From: the human T2T-CHM13v2.0 reference genome, Homo sapiens
DNA: 64,000 bases
Assembly: GCF_009914755.1 (NCBI RefSeq)
Contig: NC_060927.1
Reading direction: 5' to 3' (one strand)
The notes under the pieces are model-generated. The model made no database searches. It was not told the DNA's origin and saw only the letters and a program-made list of their open reading frames with translations. Numbering within the stretch: position 1 is the first letter of the stretch; each line of letters starts with the position of its first letter. The translations under genes were made by a program, and so were the position numbers. Positions 30,705 through 45,909 of this stretch are shown piece after piece.

Positions 30705-33655
30705 AAATCTATAAAATTTATGTTGTAGAGCAGTTGTAGGCAACATTGAAGAGAAAGTAGAGTTCTCATGTACTCACGCCTGTCCTGACTTACACACAAC
30801 CTCTCCACTATCCATGTCCCGCATCAGAGTGGTACATTTTCACAATCAATGAGCCTACATTGATATATCATTATCACCTAAAGTCCATAGTTTACCTTAA
30901 GGTTTACTGTTGGTATTGCACATTCTATGACTTTTGACAACTATATTGGCAAGATTTACTGTTGTATAACAATACAGAATAGTTTAATTTCCTGAAAATA
31001 TCCTCCATACTCTGCCAATTTATCTCTCCCTAAGCACTGGCAATGACTGATGATTCGGTGTCTCCATAGTTTTGCCTTTTTCAGAATGTCATCTAGTTGG
31101 GAATCATACAGTATGTATCTCCTTCAGATTGGCTTCTTCCACTTAATAAAAGACATTTCAGTTTCTTCCATGGTTCTTCATGGCTTGATAGACGATTTCT
31201 TTTTAGTGCCGAATACGATTCCATTATCCGAATGTACCAGTTTTACATCTGAAGGACATCTTAATTGCTTCCAAGCTTTAGCAACTTTGAATAAAGCTGT
31301 TATGAACATCTCTGTAAACTTTCTGTGTGGATGGTGAAGGTAAATTTCTAATTTATTTGCATAAATACTGAGGAGCATAATTGTGTGGTAAGAGTTCCTT
31401 TAGTTTTGTAAGAAGCTGCCAAATTGTCTTCCATGTGGCCATACCATATTTCATTACCACCAGCAATGAATGAGAAGGCTTGTTGCTCTACACTCTTGTG
31501 AGCATTTAGTGTTTTTTATATTTTGGCCATTACAGTAGGTGAGTAGTGGTATATAATTGTTGTTTTAATTTGCAATTCCCTGATGACGTATGATATTGAA
31601 CATTTTTTGTATGTTTATTGCTTTCTCTATATCTTCTTTGGTGAGATGTCTCTTCAGACCTTGGTCCCATTATTTTACTATTTTTAATTGGCAAATTAAA
31701 ATTTAATTGACAAAATAAAATTTAATTTTATTTATATATTTTTAATTGACAAATCAACATTATTTATATTATGGTACACAGCATGATATTTTGAAATATG
31801 TATATATTGTGGGGTGGCTAAATCAAGCTAATTAATATATACATTACCTTATATACTTATCATTTATTTGTGATGAGAACATGATTTCTACTCACAGAAA
31901 TTTATTTTGACTAATAGCTCCCCAAGCTCTCCTCCCCACATCCATGGAAACCAGCATTCTACTCTTTTTACAAGTTCAACATTTTACATTCCACGTATAA
32001 GTGAGATCTTGCAGTATTTTTCTTTCTTTGCCCATTTTGTCACAAATGACAGGATTCCTTTAAAGGTTGAATAGTATTTCACTATGTATGTACACCATAT
32101 TTTCTTTATCTATTCATCCACTGATGGACACTTAGGTTAATTCTATGTCTTGGTTTTTGTGAATAATGTTGCAATAAGCATTGAAATGCAGCTATCTCTT
32201 CCACATGCTGATTTTGGTTCCTTTGGATATATAATGAGTAGTGGGATTGCTAGATCATATGGTAGATCTAAGTTGTTACGGAACCTCCATAGTTTTTTCC
32301 GTAATGGCTATAATAATTTACATTCCCACCAACAGTGCATGGTGGTTTCCTTTTCTCCACACTCTTACCAGCAGTTCTCATGTCGTTTAGATAATAGTCA
32401 TCCTCACAGGTGTGAGGTTATATCTCATTGTGCTTTCAATTTGCATTCCTCTGATGATTGGTAGTATTCACTTTTTTAAAAATAAAACTATTGGCAAGTT
32501 ATATGTATTCCTTGGAAAGATTTCTATTTATATACTTTGCACATTTTTCAATCAGTTAATTTGTTTTCTGGCTATTGAGTAGTTCCTTATGTATTCAGGT
32601 TTTATTCAGATGAATTCGGTCAGGTTGTAGAAAAAAAATCAGTATACAGAAATCAGTAGCACTTCTATATGTTATAAACAAAACATCCAACAAAGAAATC
32701 GAGAAAATAATTTATTTGTAATAGGTATGAATAAATAAAATACCTAAATAAATAAATGTATAAAATAAACACCTTTATTCAATGTTTGGTTTGGAAATAT
32801 TTTCTCCCATTTCATTTGCTGTCTCTACACTCTGTTTATTATTTCCTTTGCTGGAAAGAATCTTTTCAATTTGATGTAATCTCATTTGTCTATTTTTGCC
32901 TTTGCTACCTATGATTTTGGGGTCATATAAAAATTCATTGCCTTATGCGTTTCTCATATATTTTCTTCTAGTAGTTTTATAGTTTCAAGTCTTACCTTTA
33001 AGTCGTGAATCCATTTTAAGTTGACTTTTGTAGATGGTATGAGGTACAGGTCTAATTGTATTCTGCTGCATGTGGATATCTAGTTTGTCCAACATCATTT
33101 ATTGAAGAGACTGTCCTTTCCTCATTGTGTGTTCTTGGTATCTTTGCCAAAAATCAATTAACCTTAAATGCCCAGCTTTACTGATGGACTTTCTTTTTTG
33201 TTCCATTAGCCTGTATGTCTGTTTTTATGCTAGAATCATGCCATTTTCATCACTGTAGCTTTATATTTTGAAATCAGGTAGTGTGATGCCTCAACTTTGT
33301 TTTTTTGCTAAAGATTGTTTTGGCTAATTAGAGTCTTTTAATTCTGTTTCTGCCTTTTGCAGTTACTTCTGTCAATGTTTCATACACTGATGTCAGTCAG
33401 TGTTCAGGCCTTTCACCTCTTTTGTTAAATTTGTTTTATGTATGATATTTATTTGTAGCTATTACAATTATTTTCTTGATTTCTTTGTTAGTTTGTTTAT
33501 AATGTACAGAAATGCTATGATTTCTGTATGCCGATTTTATATCCTACAACCTCACTGAATTTGTTAACTAGTTCCAAAAGTTTCTTGGTGTATTGATATT
33601 CTTTTAAAAATTGAACTGCTTGTTTTATTATTGCTGAATTTTAAGAGTTCTTTTT
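30705..33655 (-). mobile_element. L1MC1-like 3' fragment (30705-31670, resuming ~33600-33655), interrupted by L1MA
   Basis: 'cagagtggtacattt...gagcctacattgatatatcattatcacctaaagtccatagtttac' is an L1MC1/2 3'UTR motif; ORF 31178-31378 'MFITALFKVAKAWKQLRCPS'. Confidence 0.7.
31681..33592 (-). mobile_element. L1MA (L1MA6-8-like) 3' fragment
   Basis: 'tttttaattgacaaat...ggctaaatcaagctaattaatatatacattacc' 3'UTR followed by degenerate ORF2; contains an inverted insert at 32609-32773. Confidence 0.75.
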
Positions 33656-34880
33656 GTCTCTAGAGAGTGAGAGGCAGGGAGAGACAGGTAGTATAGATAC
33701 ATAAATAAATAAATATACATTTATTACATATATATACACACAGATATACTGATATTTTATTTTTGGTAATAGAAGTTCTTCTTCCATGATTATTAATGCT
33801 AGAGAAGGACTCTGAACTGCTTACTACCTCACTTTTTTGGTGTTAGTATCAAGAATACAAGACTTGGTCAAATAGTCAGTAAAACATGAGACAATATTTA
33901 TTGGTTCATGGCTCTGACAACTCAGCCTAGCAGCACAGAGAAGATTATACACTTAATATTAGCTGGTTTGACACAGAAAGAATATTTGCAATAAACTTCG
34001 CTTTAGCCAATAAGTATATATATGTTAGTGGGCAGCTGGAAGTAAAGACAATAGCTGATAGTGGACTGTTGTCAGTATAAAATGCCCATCTGTACATGAT
34101 TTATAGGGTACTGAATAACAATACCTTGGAAAAGAGAGCCCAACTAATTACTGGACAGAAAATGCATTAGCAAACAATATTAAGTGGAGAGATCAAAAGG
34201 GGAAATAATGAATACAATGACCATATTCTCCAGCTTTACGGAAATTTGGGTCACTTGTACCATTATACTGGGTGGGTGGCAGTGGTTTAACCTTAAATCT
34301 TAATCAGGGCTTTTACATTGGTATCAGGGGTAGGAGTAATGGTGTGGGAGTGAAGCAAATTATTGGTTTCCAAGCCATGACAAGGGAGGACCACTTATGC
34401 AGAAAAAAAAATTGGTGATCCATGTGATTCATCATTATTTGAAACCGTTGTGTCCAGAGAAATCATGCCTATTATAGCCAAACATGGCCTGGTTTGGAGA
34501 ACACAATCATACCACATTCGTGACTTCTGACTTTTGTATTCAAAAAAAGGTAGGAAGCAACACATTTCTATGCTATGACTCAAATTATTTCAGCCAAGAG
34601 TGGGTGTAGGGAAAAATTTATCTTCTTTTTACACTTTTTTTCCAGCACCCTCAGTTCTAGGGGGAAGGAGACCTTTCCCTTTAATAATGTGGAGAGAGAT
34701 GATAAATATTAAAAAGTTAAAAAGCTGGTTATTGTCATAGATACTTCAGTCTAAACCGTGCAACAGTCTGCCTTTGTCTTCTAAAATTAGAGCAGGGATT
34801 GAGTCTGATTTCTTCAAGGTCTGAAAGGAAAGCAACAGGACAGAGAGCCAATAATCTACGCAGGGCGTAAAAAAAGGAAA

Positions 34881-37558
34881 GGGTATTTTCCAGGTTTTCT
34901 TCTAGGATTTTTACAGTTTGACATCTTATATTGAAGTTTTTAATCCATTTTCAGTAAATTTTTGTATACAAGAATATGTAGGAGTCCAGTTTCATTCATC
35001 TGCATATGGATAATCCCCTATCCCACCACTAGTTATTGAATAGCGAGTAGCCCTTTCCCTATTGCTTGTTTTTATTGACCTTATCAAATATCAGATAGTT
35101 GTGGGTGTGTAGCTTTATTTCTGGGTTTTTCTACTCTGTTTCATTGGTCTATATGTCTATTTTTGTATCAGTATCATACTGTTTTGATTACTGTAAATTG
35201 TAATACAGTTTAATGTCAGGTAGTGTGATTCCCTCAGCTTTGTTCCTCTTGCTTAGAATCTCTTCAGCTATTTAGATTCGTTTTTGGCTCTATATGAATT
35301 TTGGAATAGTTTTTCCCTAATTCTGTCAAAAAAGATATCGGTAATCTAATAGGGATAGCATTGAGCCTATAGAGTGCTTTCAGCAATGTGGCAATTTTAA
35401 TGATATTGTTTCTTCTAATAAATGAGAATGGAAAATTTTTCCATCTGTGTCATCTCTGATTTCTTTCAATTGTTATGTAGTTCTTCTAGAGATCTTTTGA
35501 TTCATTGATTTGATGTATTCCTAGGTATTTTATTTTTATGTTTTGCTTTTGTAAATGGAATTACACTCTTGATTTTGCTCTTATCTTAAACATTATTTGT
35601 GTGGAGAAATGCTGCTTATTTTGGTACATTGATTTTGTATCCTGAAACTTTACTAACATAATTTATCAGTTCTAGGAAGCTTTTGGCAGGTCCTTAGAGT
35701 TTTCTAGGTATAGAATCATATCGTCAGTGTAAACAGATAGTTTGACTTCTTCATTTCCTATTTAGATGCCTTTTATTTTCTTCTTTTGCTTGATTATTCT
35801 GTTTGGAACTTCTAGTGACTAAGTTGAATGGGAATGGAGAAAGTAGGCATCCTTGTCTTGTTCCATTTTTCAGGGGCAGTGCTTCTTACTTTTGCGCATT
35901 CGGTATAATATTGGCTGTGGGTTTCTTATAGTTGGTTCTTATTATTTTGAGGTATATTCCTTTGATACATAATTTGTTGAGGGTTTTTATCATGAATGGA
36001 TATGGGATTGTACCATAAGCTTTTTTTATATTTATTGATATGATCATATGGCTTTTGTTTTTAATTCTCTGTATGTAATAAATCACATTTATTGATTTAT
36101 ATATGTTGAACCAACCTTGCATCCCAGGCGTAAATCCTACTTGATCATGGTGAATTAACCTATTAATGTGCTGCTAGATTTGATGTGCTAGTATTTTGTT
36201 GAGTATTTTTGCATCTTGGTTCATCATGGATATTGCCCTGTAGTTTTCTTTTTTCATTGTGTTTTGGCCAGCTTTTGTAATCAGGATGATGTTGGCTTCA
36301 TAGAATGAGTTAGGGAGGAGTCTCTCCTCCTCTATTTTGTAATAGTTTCAGTAAGATTGGTACCAACTATTCTTTGTAGAATTTGACTCTGAGTCCATCT
36401 GGTCCAGGGCTTTTTTTAATTGGTAAGTTCTTTATTACTAATGCAATTCCAGAACTCATTATCAATCTGTTCAGGATTTCAATATTAGGCTAAGTTTTCA
36501 AAAGCAATTACAACAAAAATAAATATTGATAATTGGAAACTGATTAAATTAAAGAGCTTCTACACAGAAAAAGAAACTATCAACCAAGTAAATAGACAAC
36601 CTACAAAATGGGAGAAAATATTAGTAGACTATGTATCTGACAAAGGTCTTGTATCAATAATTGATAAAGAACTCAAATAATTTAACAAATAAAAAACAAA
36701 TAACCTCATTAAAAACTAGGCAAAGACATGAACAGACAGTTCTCAAAAGATGACATAAAAGTAGCCAACAAACATATGAAAAAATACTCATCATCTATAA
36801 TCATCAGGGAAATGCAAATCACAACAACGAGATACCAGCTCACACCAGTAAGAATGGCTATTACTGAAAAGAAAAAGAAAAACAAAGACAAAAACCCACA
36901 GATGTCGGAGTGACTGCGGAGAAAAGGGAACAATAATACCCTGTGGGTGGGAATGCAAATTAGTTCAGCCACTGTGGAAAGCAGCTTGGAGATTTCTCAA
37001 AGAACTAAAAATATAATTACCATTTGATCCATCAACCCCATTACTGGGTATATGCCCAAGAGAAAAGAAATTTTTCTACCAAGAAGACACATTTGCCCAT
37101 ATGTCTATCACAGTAATATTCACAATAGCAAAAACATAGAATCAACTCAGAAGCCAATCATCAGTGAACTGGATAAAGAAAATGTGGCACATATATACCA
37201 TGGAATGCTATGCAGCCATAAAAAGAATGAAGTAATGTCTTTTGCAGGAATATGGATGCAGCTAGAGGCCACTATCCTAAACAAACCAGTATAGAAACAG
37301 AAAACTAAATACTGCGTGTTCTCACTTATAAATGGGAGCTAAATGTTGGATACACGTGGACATAAAGATGGGAGCCATAGACACTGAGGACTATAAAAGG
37401 GGGAAGGGTGGCAGAGAGATTAAGTGTTGAAAAACTACCTATGCTCACTACCTGGGTGATGGGTTGAACTGTACCCCAAACCTCAGCCTCATGCAATGTA
37501 TCTTTGAGACAAACCTCCACATGTACCCCCTGAATCTCAAATAAAAGTGAAAAAAAAA
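34881..37558 (+). mobile_element. L1PA15/16-like LINE-1 with a 5' inversion (inverted part 34881-~36483; sense part ~36484-37558)
   Basis: Minus-strand ORF2 '[14 protein letters not shown]' (35886-36122) and plus-strand ORF2 'MNRQFSKDDIKVANKHMKK'. 3'UTR 'gtaccccaaacctcagc...ctgaatctcaaataaaag' followed by an A tail. Confidence 0.85.
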
Positions 37559-40500
37559 TTGGGAAAGGAAATGGAAAGGAAATCAAAGGAAAAGAGACTT
37601 CCATGATTTTATGGTAGACTCCCTGTAGAGCTTGTTTTTTTGTTCATAGATTGTGCCTGCAGGAATACACTCTTTCAGTGACTGAAGGGCATAATGCTAT
37701 GTGTCTACTTATGTAACACCAATGTATATAAAAACTATTGTTTTGAAATTATATTTTTGTTCTTCATAAGGCATACTCTAATGAAATATTGTGCAGGTTT
37801 ATTATTCACATTTGATGGCTATTTTACAATTTTTAAGTGAGACAGATGGACTTAAGACATTAAACATATTTTTTAAAGGAAAATCTAAATGCAAGTTTAT
37901 TTAGTATAAATATATAAGCAACAAAAGGTGTTTGATACAAATGTCAGATATATAAAGAAATAAGTTAGAAAGTTCAGTAGGTTTCACATGATGAAAACAT
38001 TCCAATACTCAGAAAAGTAGTTTCTTAAACCTAAATTACCTCTAATTTCTAATGAAAGTAATTGATTTCATCTTATTTAATTATTTAATTATCCAATAAA
38101 AATAAAATGTCACAGAGCAAGGCTCAATCAAAGTAAAGAAAGGTTCACTTTTTGTCTTACAGTGAGGTACACCGTTTAGTTATTAACAAGAAAACATTTT
38201 AAGCCATATGCTACTTGTGTTTTTTTTTAAGCTGGAAATTAGAATGTGCTAATTAGAATGTGGGCTGCATATAAAAATATACTTCTGTATTGCAAACATG
38301 CCTTGATAAGGACCTACGTTGAATATAACTAGAAAAAACACTGAGCTATAATTACCACACAAGCCAATAAGTAATTCACCTCAGTAAATTTTTAAATATA
38401 TCAAATGACTGGTTCACAAATCATTTAATCACATTGTATGTACCTGTTTGTAATAAAACTTGTATGTGACAAAAGTGACTTGTGTACCAATATCATACAA
38501 TTATTTCATATTCTTCAGTCCTTAAATTCTTAGCACAAACTTATTTGGGGCTCCTCCCTACTATCTATGCATTGAAGATAATGTCATAAAAACAAAGCAC
38601 AAAAGTCTAGTTTGATCTTAAGTAATATATGGTGATATTTTGGCTCACTAACTAACCACTTGTTAAACTAGCCAACGCTGTTCATCATTCCCTTTGCTAA
38701 AATTATTTGTTAACCTGGATTTATTTTATGTAATAGAAAAACATTTTTGAGAGCAGTATATTATTATAATAGATGCAGTTCAAATACGTATCATTTAATT
38801 GTAACCCTCTTGATTACTTTTATAAAATTAACTTCCTAATAAAACTTTAAATAGTAGCAGAAAAGCACAGATTTTTTTTCCTTTATACATTAATTCATGT
38901 ATTGAAGTCTAGTAATAGTATATTGCCATTACCACTATTTTCAACAGGGTTATAATTGTTCCTGGATTGTGCAAAAAAAAAAAAAATTCCTGAATATAAA
39001 GGTGAAATTAAGCATGTATTGCAGAATTAAAGAGAACAAACATGAAAAAAAAAACATTTAGAGAAGAATCCATTTCAATCAAACTTTTTCTTTAATGTTA
39101 ATGAACAATATTTTAAATTACTATGAAATTTTCAGACCTTTAATAAGAACGGCAAAAAGCAGAAATAGAGAGTCCAGAGAGGCAATTTTACCTAAAATTG
39201 AAATACTCTAAAAATGAAATACTCCTTAAATGATTTAACTTCTGTACCCTTTTGCACTCCTTATTTCTATAGGCATTTCATACATCTCATTTCTTTTTGC
39301 TGCTCTAATCCGTGGAATCTTAGAAGTAGGTTAGAAAGTCATTGAGGAAACAAGTATGCAGCATGAATGGTCCATTGAAAAAGGAAAGGGATTTCTAGTG
39401 AAATGGTATTGATTTATTCTTTTTTTTAAATCTCTTTCATAATTATCAACTTCATTCCTTAATAAAATAGCCATACATTTTATTTAGCAAAAATGTTATT
39501 AATCTATGTCATTTTTGATGTCACTGTTACTCTCCCATAATTGTGTTCAAAAGCATGGTAGATCAGTTCAAAGAACACAAAATATTTTAACATATGATAT
39601 TATATTTCCTTATGAGTTCAAATTAGCTTGCTATATGTAAATCATGTCAATTTCTCATACAGTTCTGGAAATACCACATTTTATTTAACCATCTGTCTTG
39701 ACATTGACTAGGAAATGAATGATAAATGGACCTAGACAACACATTGCTAGATTCACACCAAAAACAGCTTGCAAGAAAATACCTATCTTTCCAGTGATGA
39801 ATAAGAAGCACTGCTTACTATTCTGCCAAGGATTTACCATGTCATTTGTTGGAAAGCCATGTATTGACATTGATTTTACTCGGTCCCCAATCAAATGCCG
39901 TATCTTGACATAGGATTGAGTTATGGTCATCACCGATCATCAGCACTGTAAATATTGATGTAACATTGCTTTGCATTGGAGTTTAAAATTAAAGTTAATA
40001 TGCAAGATGTGAAGTAGAAGCAGTATGAGCCAGATAGAAGTTACTAGAGAATTCTGTGACTGAGAACAAATATGACACACAGAGTTGAATGACATCTTTC
40101 TTTAAAATTCTAAGAATAGTTATTATATTTTGAAGGCTAAAAATCAGTTTCCTATGGTTCGAAGCTTGTAAGTTTCCATAGTGAGCACTGAGAATTACAG
40201 AGACAAATACTGTTAAGTTAATGATGACAAATACATTCTAATTTTTAGCATTTATGTTCAAATAAGTCAATCATTGTGTTTTACTGTGTCTAATAGCATT
40301 TACGTTTAGGGAAAAGATAGAGTTTTTCCAGAATAAGATAAACAAATAAAAAAATATAAACATGTCTCATCTCTCCCCTAAACAAGAGATGATTATATTC
40401 CAAGTCATTTTTGCTCCCAAAGATATGTTGAATTTGGAAGGCTGTAAATATACTCTGAGGTATCTTAGCAGGCTTGATTGCTGTACCAAGAAAATGTCCC

Positions 40501-40699
40501 ATGCAAAATTTTCTAGGTAAGAAAGATGAGATAGAAAGGCCTAGAAAAAATAGCCTCTAGCTCTTTGTTCTTCCCTATAATCAATACGATCTAAAACAAT
40601 AGAAAAAATATATATTTTTCTTTGTAAAATATACTTTATATGGAGTATAGGATGTAATGAAAACAATGTGACTTGGCTTTTGACTGAACTTAACTCTCA

Positions 40700-40875
40700 T
40701 AATTAAGCTTACTTAATCTTTACAATACTTGTTGTTATGCCCATATTCCATATAAAACATATTTTTCAGAGAGGTTAATTGACTTGCCCAAAATCACAGA
40801 GTTTACAAATACTAAAGCTAAAATTCAAACCTAAGTCAACTTAGCATAAAAGCTTATGTTCATTACCACACTATC
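40700..40875 (-). mobile_element. MIR SINE
   Basis: 'cagagaggttaattgacttgcccaaaatcacaga...aaattcaaacctaagtc'. Confidence 0.75.
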
Positions 40876-41034
40876 TAATTAACAAAGAGCTTATTTGCTG
40901 ATGTGACCCCATGGTTCCACAGAAATTAATATTATATACACTTAAGCACTGCATTTCACTCCATTCCCCATTTTCTCCCCTTCCCCCGGCAAAAGAAAGA
41001 TATATTCAAACACATTGGAAAATATATAGAATAT

Positions 41035-41115
41035 TTTTTTCTTACTTGAAGAAAAAAATGAGTTTGGCATAGTTAAGTACCTTGCCTAAGGTCACACAGC
41101 AAGTGGCTAGCAAAA
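41035..41115 (-). mobile_element. MIR core fragment
   Basis: 'gttaagtaccttgcctaaggtcacacagcaagtggc'. Confidence 0.7.
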
Positions 41116-41612
41116 CTTAAAGGAAAATATAAAAGTAATTTAAACATACCTAACAGTGGAGACTATAATTTGTAATACACACACTATTTAAATGTATCTT
41201 TCCTGCTGGGGGCATTTGATTAAAAAAAGACAAGGGGAAGTGTAATCAAATTATCTATTTAAACTACCTTGCCCCAGAGAGTATATGGATTTAATAATGT
41301 AATAGCAGGTCCAGTGGAAAAATATGATACATGATTTTTATAATGAAGAGCCATTGCTATTTTATTTTCTGCTCCCCAGTGAAAAAGCCAGAAGTTGAAA
41401 TGAAAATAGAAAATAAATTGTAACAATATATTTACCTACTGATATTGCTGTAGAAGTCATTCATTATTCCTTTTAAGAAATCACACATCAACCTGTTAGA
41501 GCCGAACTGTATCCTGATGTTCCTGTCAGATGAGAAAAATTTAACCTTTATCTTATAGAATTTTACCACAGGAAAACAACAACTATCAGAGAGTCTAGAA
41601 GAAAATAAGTAG

Positions 41613-41984
<372 letters not shown>

Positions 41985-42617
41985 TGAATAATATTTGCTT
42001 GAGTACATCTTATTTTTGTGCGTCATTAAAGATAAAACTTCCTTTTATCAGTTTTCTTTTTTCTACTCCTTTCAAACACAGAAAAATGATGGACCCTATT
42101 TTAGCTTTGAAGCCTTCAAACTCCTTAATTTGTTTTTACAAATAAATGTCCTATTTTCCATGTCCTGTTGTTATTTCTTTTACCTCTTTTGTAAGGTTAT
42201 CCATTCCTTCTCATTCTTTAAATATTCTTATGTTTTGGTCTTAGTCCACACAGCTCACCAAAATCTTGTTATATATTTTTATTTAAAAAGTTTATTCCAT
42301 ATTGAAAGGAAATATATCACATTGAAAAATTCTAAGTATTTGATATGTTTCATTTTCTCTGCAGAAGTGGAGCCCACAGGTTTAGTTAAAAATAAATCGT
42401 TTAAATAATAATAAAATCATTATATTAATTTTGTGGCAGAAATGATTTTATTATTTTAATATGTTTTTTGCCACAATAGTAAAATTGTTTATATCTCTAC
42501 AAGGGCAGCATGGGAAATCACAGTATAAACTGTTCCCAAGCAGTCAAACTCTTGGCAGATATATAGGATTAGAGGAGGAGTCCTTGAATAAAAGATATTT
42601 ACAGCAAACATTCCTGG

Positions 42618-42858
42618 CAGATGCAGATAGGATATGGGGCTAATGAAGCTGAAGCTTTGGGTACTATCAGGTGTATGTGCACTTTCTAAGGCTTTGGGAA
42701 GAGGCAGCAGAATGTCTTTACATGATCATATATTGCTAACAAGTAGCAAAAATTATATTTAAAAAGTTTACGATGCCTTGTATTTTTGGTTTCCTTCTCT
42801 TAAAGAGTACTCTCAAATTATCCAAAATTCAGCCCTGCAAAATTTCATTCCACACATG
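42618..42858 (+). mobile_element. Possible hAT-Tip100-type non-autonomous element (ORSL/Zaphod-like)
   Basis: 'gctaatgaagctgaagcttt' near the start and 'ttcagccctgcaaaatttcattccacacatg' at the end; 5/8 match between the flanking 8-mers. Confidence 0.4.
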
Positions 42859-43441
42859 ACTTCTGACGTGTAATCTGGGATATAAAATTAATATGTTCCA
42901 GGAATACAGCAACTCATTATACATTCTTGGCAATGCAAAAAGCATCAAAGTTTTCCTGTTCAATCTCACAATAAAATGACTTGAAATTCTTAAAGTATGT
43001 TATATATTATGCTTTCTAAAAATGTTCTTTTATGTTCCTTTCAAATTGGCAATTAAAAATAAAGCAACTTTGTTAAAATATAAGTTAAATAAAATTAAAT
43101 GCATCCATATCTAAGAATAAGTTTTCATGAATGGATACACATTTGTAAACAAAATTACATTCAAGATATAGAGGAGGGCTATTTACAGCATGAGAGGATA
43201 AGAAACTTTGTGGACCTGTTTATCAAAGAAACTGGTGAAAATTATTAAAAAACATTTTAAGTATCTGGAATTGCTAGAAAGGCATATGACAAATAAACAT
43301 TCATTCAAGAAAATCTTCTAACGCTCAGTAAGAACTGTAAGAGTTTGTGGTGTCTAAACCAAGATTGCACTCTCCCATCCTTCTCCCAGCTCACTGGGAC
43401 ACAAACTCTAATCTAAACGAATATAGTAAGAACACAGGGCT

Positions 43442-43867
<426 letters not shown>

Positions 43868-45909
43868 CTACACTTTGAGTGAGTTTAATCAAGAAGAGGA
43901 AGGCTTTTTTGGTGTTTTGTTTTGTTTGTTTGTTGTTTTTTCTTTCCATCCAACACTCAGCTTGCAAGTGAAAATCTATTTAGTTGCAGCATCACTGAGA
44001 ATACTGGACTTATGATCATCCTTGCCTAGGCTCACAGGGTGGGTGTTCCACACCTTGAAAGGCAAGCTGAGGATATCTGGGGCTCTGTTGTCTCATCCAT
44101 GAAGAGGCTCAGTAATTAAAGCCAAGGGCATCATTCAGACAGAAACACACTATTGTTTCTGCTCCCAGCACCAGAGCCATGGTTCAGAGACTGTGTCTGG
44201 AAAGAGAAGCAGCCTTCAAAACAGATTGTTCCAAATTGCTTCCAAAGGAACTGACTTCATTTGCAACACATAATGTAGAGAGTTCAAGCCTAAAGGTACT
44301 ATCACAAATAGGAAATTGTGATGAATGACAATTGGGAGGGATTGATAGATTCATTGGAGGTAGAGGCTAAATTGCAGGCTAACTAGTTTGCTGGAGTAAA
44401 ACAGGGAAAGAGTTATAGAAATAACACTCCTGGGGTTAGAACAAATCTCTGACACTGACATAAGTAACTACTCCATCAGAGGTGCCTGAATTCAATTGGA
44501 TTAGTCTGTGAGGCAGTTTTTGCTTGAGGACATTACCGAAGACAATACAGCAAAAAGCATTAGTGAGTTTATGCTATATTATCTGAAATATCCAGTATTC
44601 CACAACAACAACAAAATGTGAGACATGCAAAGAAAAAGGAAAATCTCATCCACACATAGGGGGAAAAAAATCACAGACAACAAGACACTTCTGTGAAAGT
44701 GATCAAATGTTGGCTGTAACAGAAAAAGTATTCAAAATAGCCGCTCTAAATGTTCAAACAACTAAAGAAAGTCATAATTAAAAAGTAAAAGAAAGTATGA
44801 TGATAATGTCATATCAAATAGAGAATAAAAATAGAAATTATAAAAAAGAATCAAATGTGAGTTTTGGAGTTAAAAAATATAATAACTTAAAGAAAAAATT
44901 CATTAGAGGGGCTCAATAATAGTTTTAAATTGGAAGAAGAAAGACCTACTATACTTAACGATAGACTGATAGGGAATGTTGAAGCCAAAGAATAGAGAAA
45001 AATAAAGTGAACAGATCCTCAAAGAAATCTGAGCCACCATTAGGTCACCAACATAGACATTACAGGAATACTAGAGGATCAGAAAAAAAGAAGCAGAAAA
45101 AAATTGTAGAAATAATGGATAAATACTTCCCAGATTTATTGGATGGCAGTAATGAATCACAAGACTGTATTAAGATGGCAGTACTCTCCACATTGGTCTA
45201 CAGATTCAACACAACCCCTATTAGAATTCCAACTTTGTAAAAATGAATATGGAAATACAAGGGATCAGAATAGCCAAAATAATCCTGAAAAAAAAAAGAA
45301 CAAATTTGGAGGACTGGCACTTCTTGATTTTAGAATTCACTACAAAGCAACAATAATCAAGACAGTGTAGTACTGGCATTAAGATTTACAGTGCTCTGGC
45401 TGTAAAACCTAACGAAATAGAATCAAGATTCTAGAAATAAACCTTTGGGTTTATAATTGACAAATTTTTGGCAGTGTGCTAAGGTTATTCAATGGGTATA
45501 GAATGATACTTTTCAGCAAATAGCGCAAGAACAACTGGACAACCACATATAAAAAAATTAATTTTGACCTCAACTTACAGCATACACAAGAATTACCTCA
45601 AAGTGTTTCAATGAGTAATTGTTAATGCTAAAAGTGTAAAGCTCATAGAGAAAGACATAAATCTTCAGGATCCGACATTTGGCAATGAAGCCTTAGATAT
45701 GATACCTAAAGCATGAGTTAAAAAATAAAAATAAATTAGACTTCATGACGTTTAAAATATTTTGTGCTTCAAAATACATTTTCAGGAATAAATAAGCAAC
45801 TCACAGCAAAGAAGAAAATAAGTGCCAATTACATATGTAATAAACAGCTCATATCCAGAATATATAAAGAACTCTTACAACTCAACAATAAAAACAGTTT
45901 AAAAATGGG

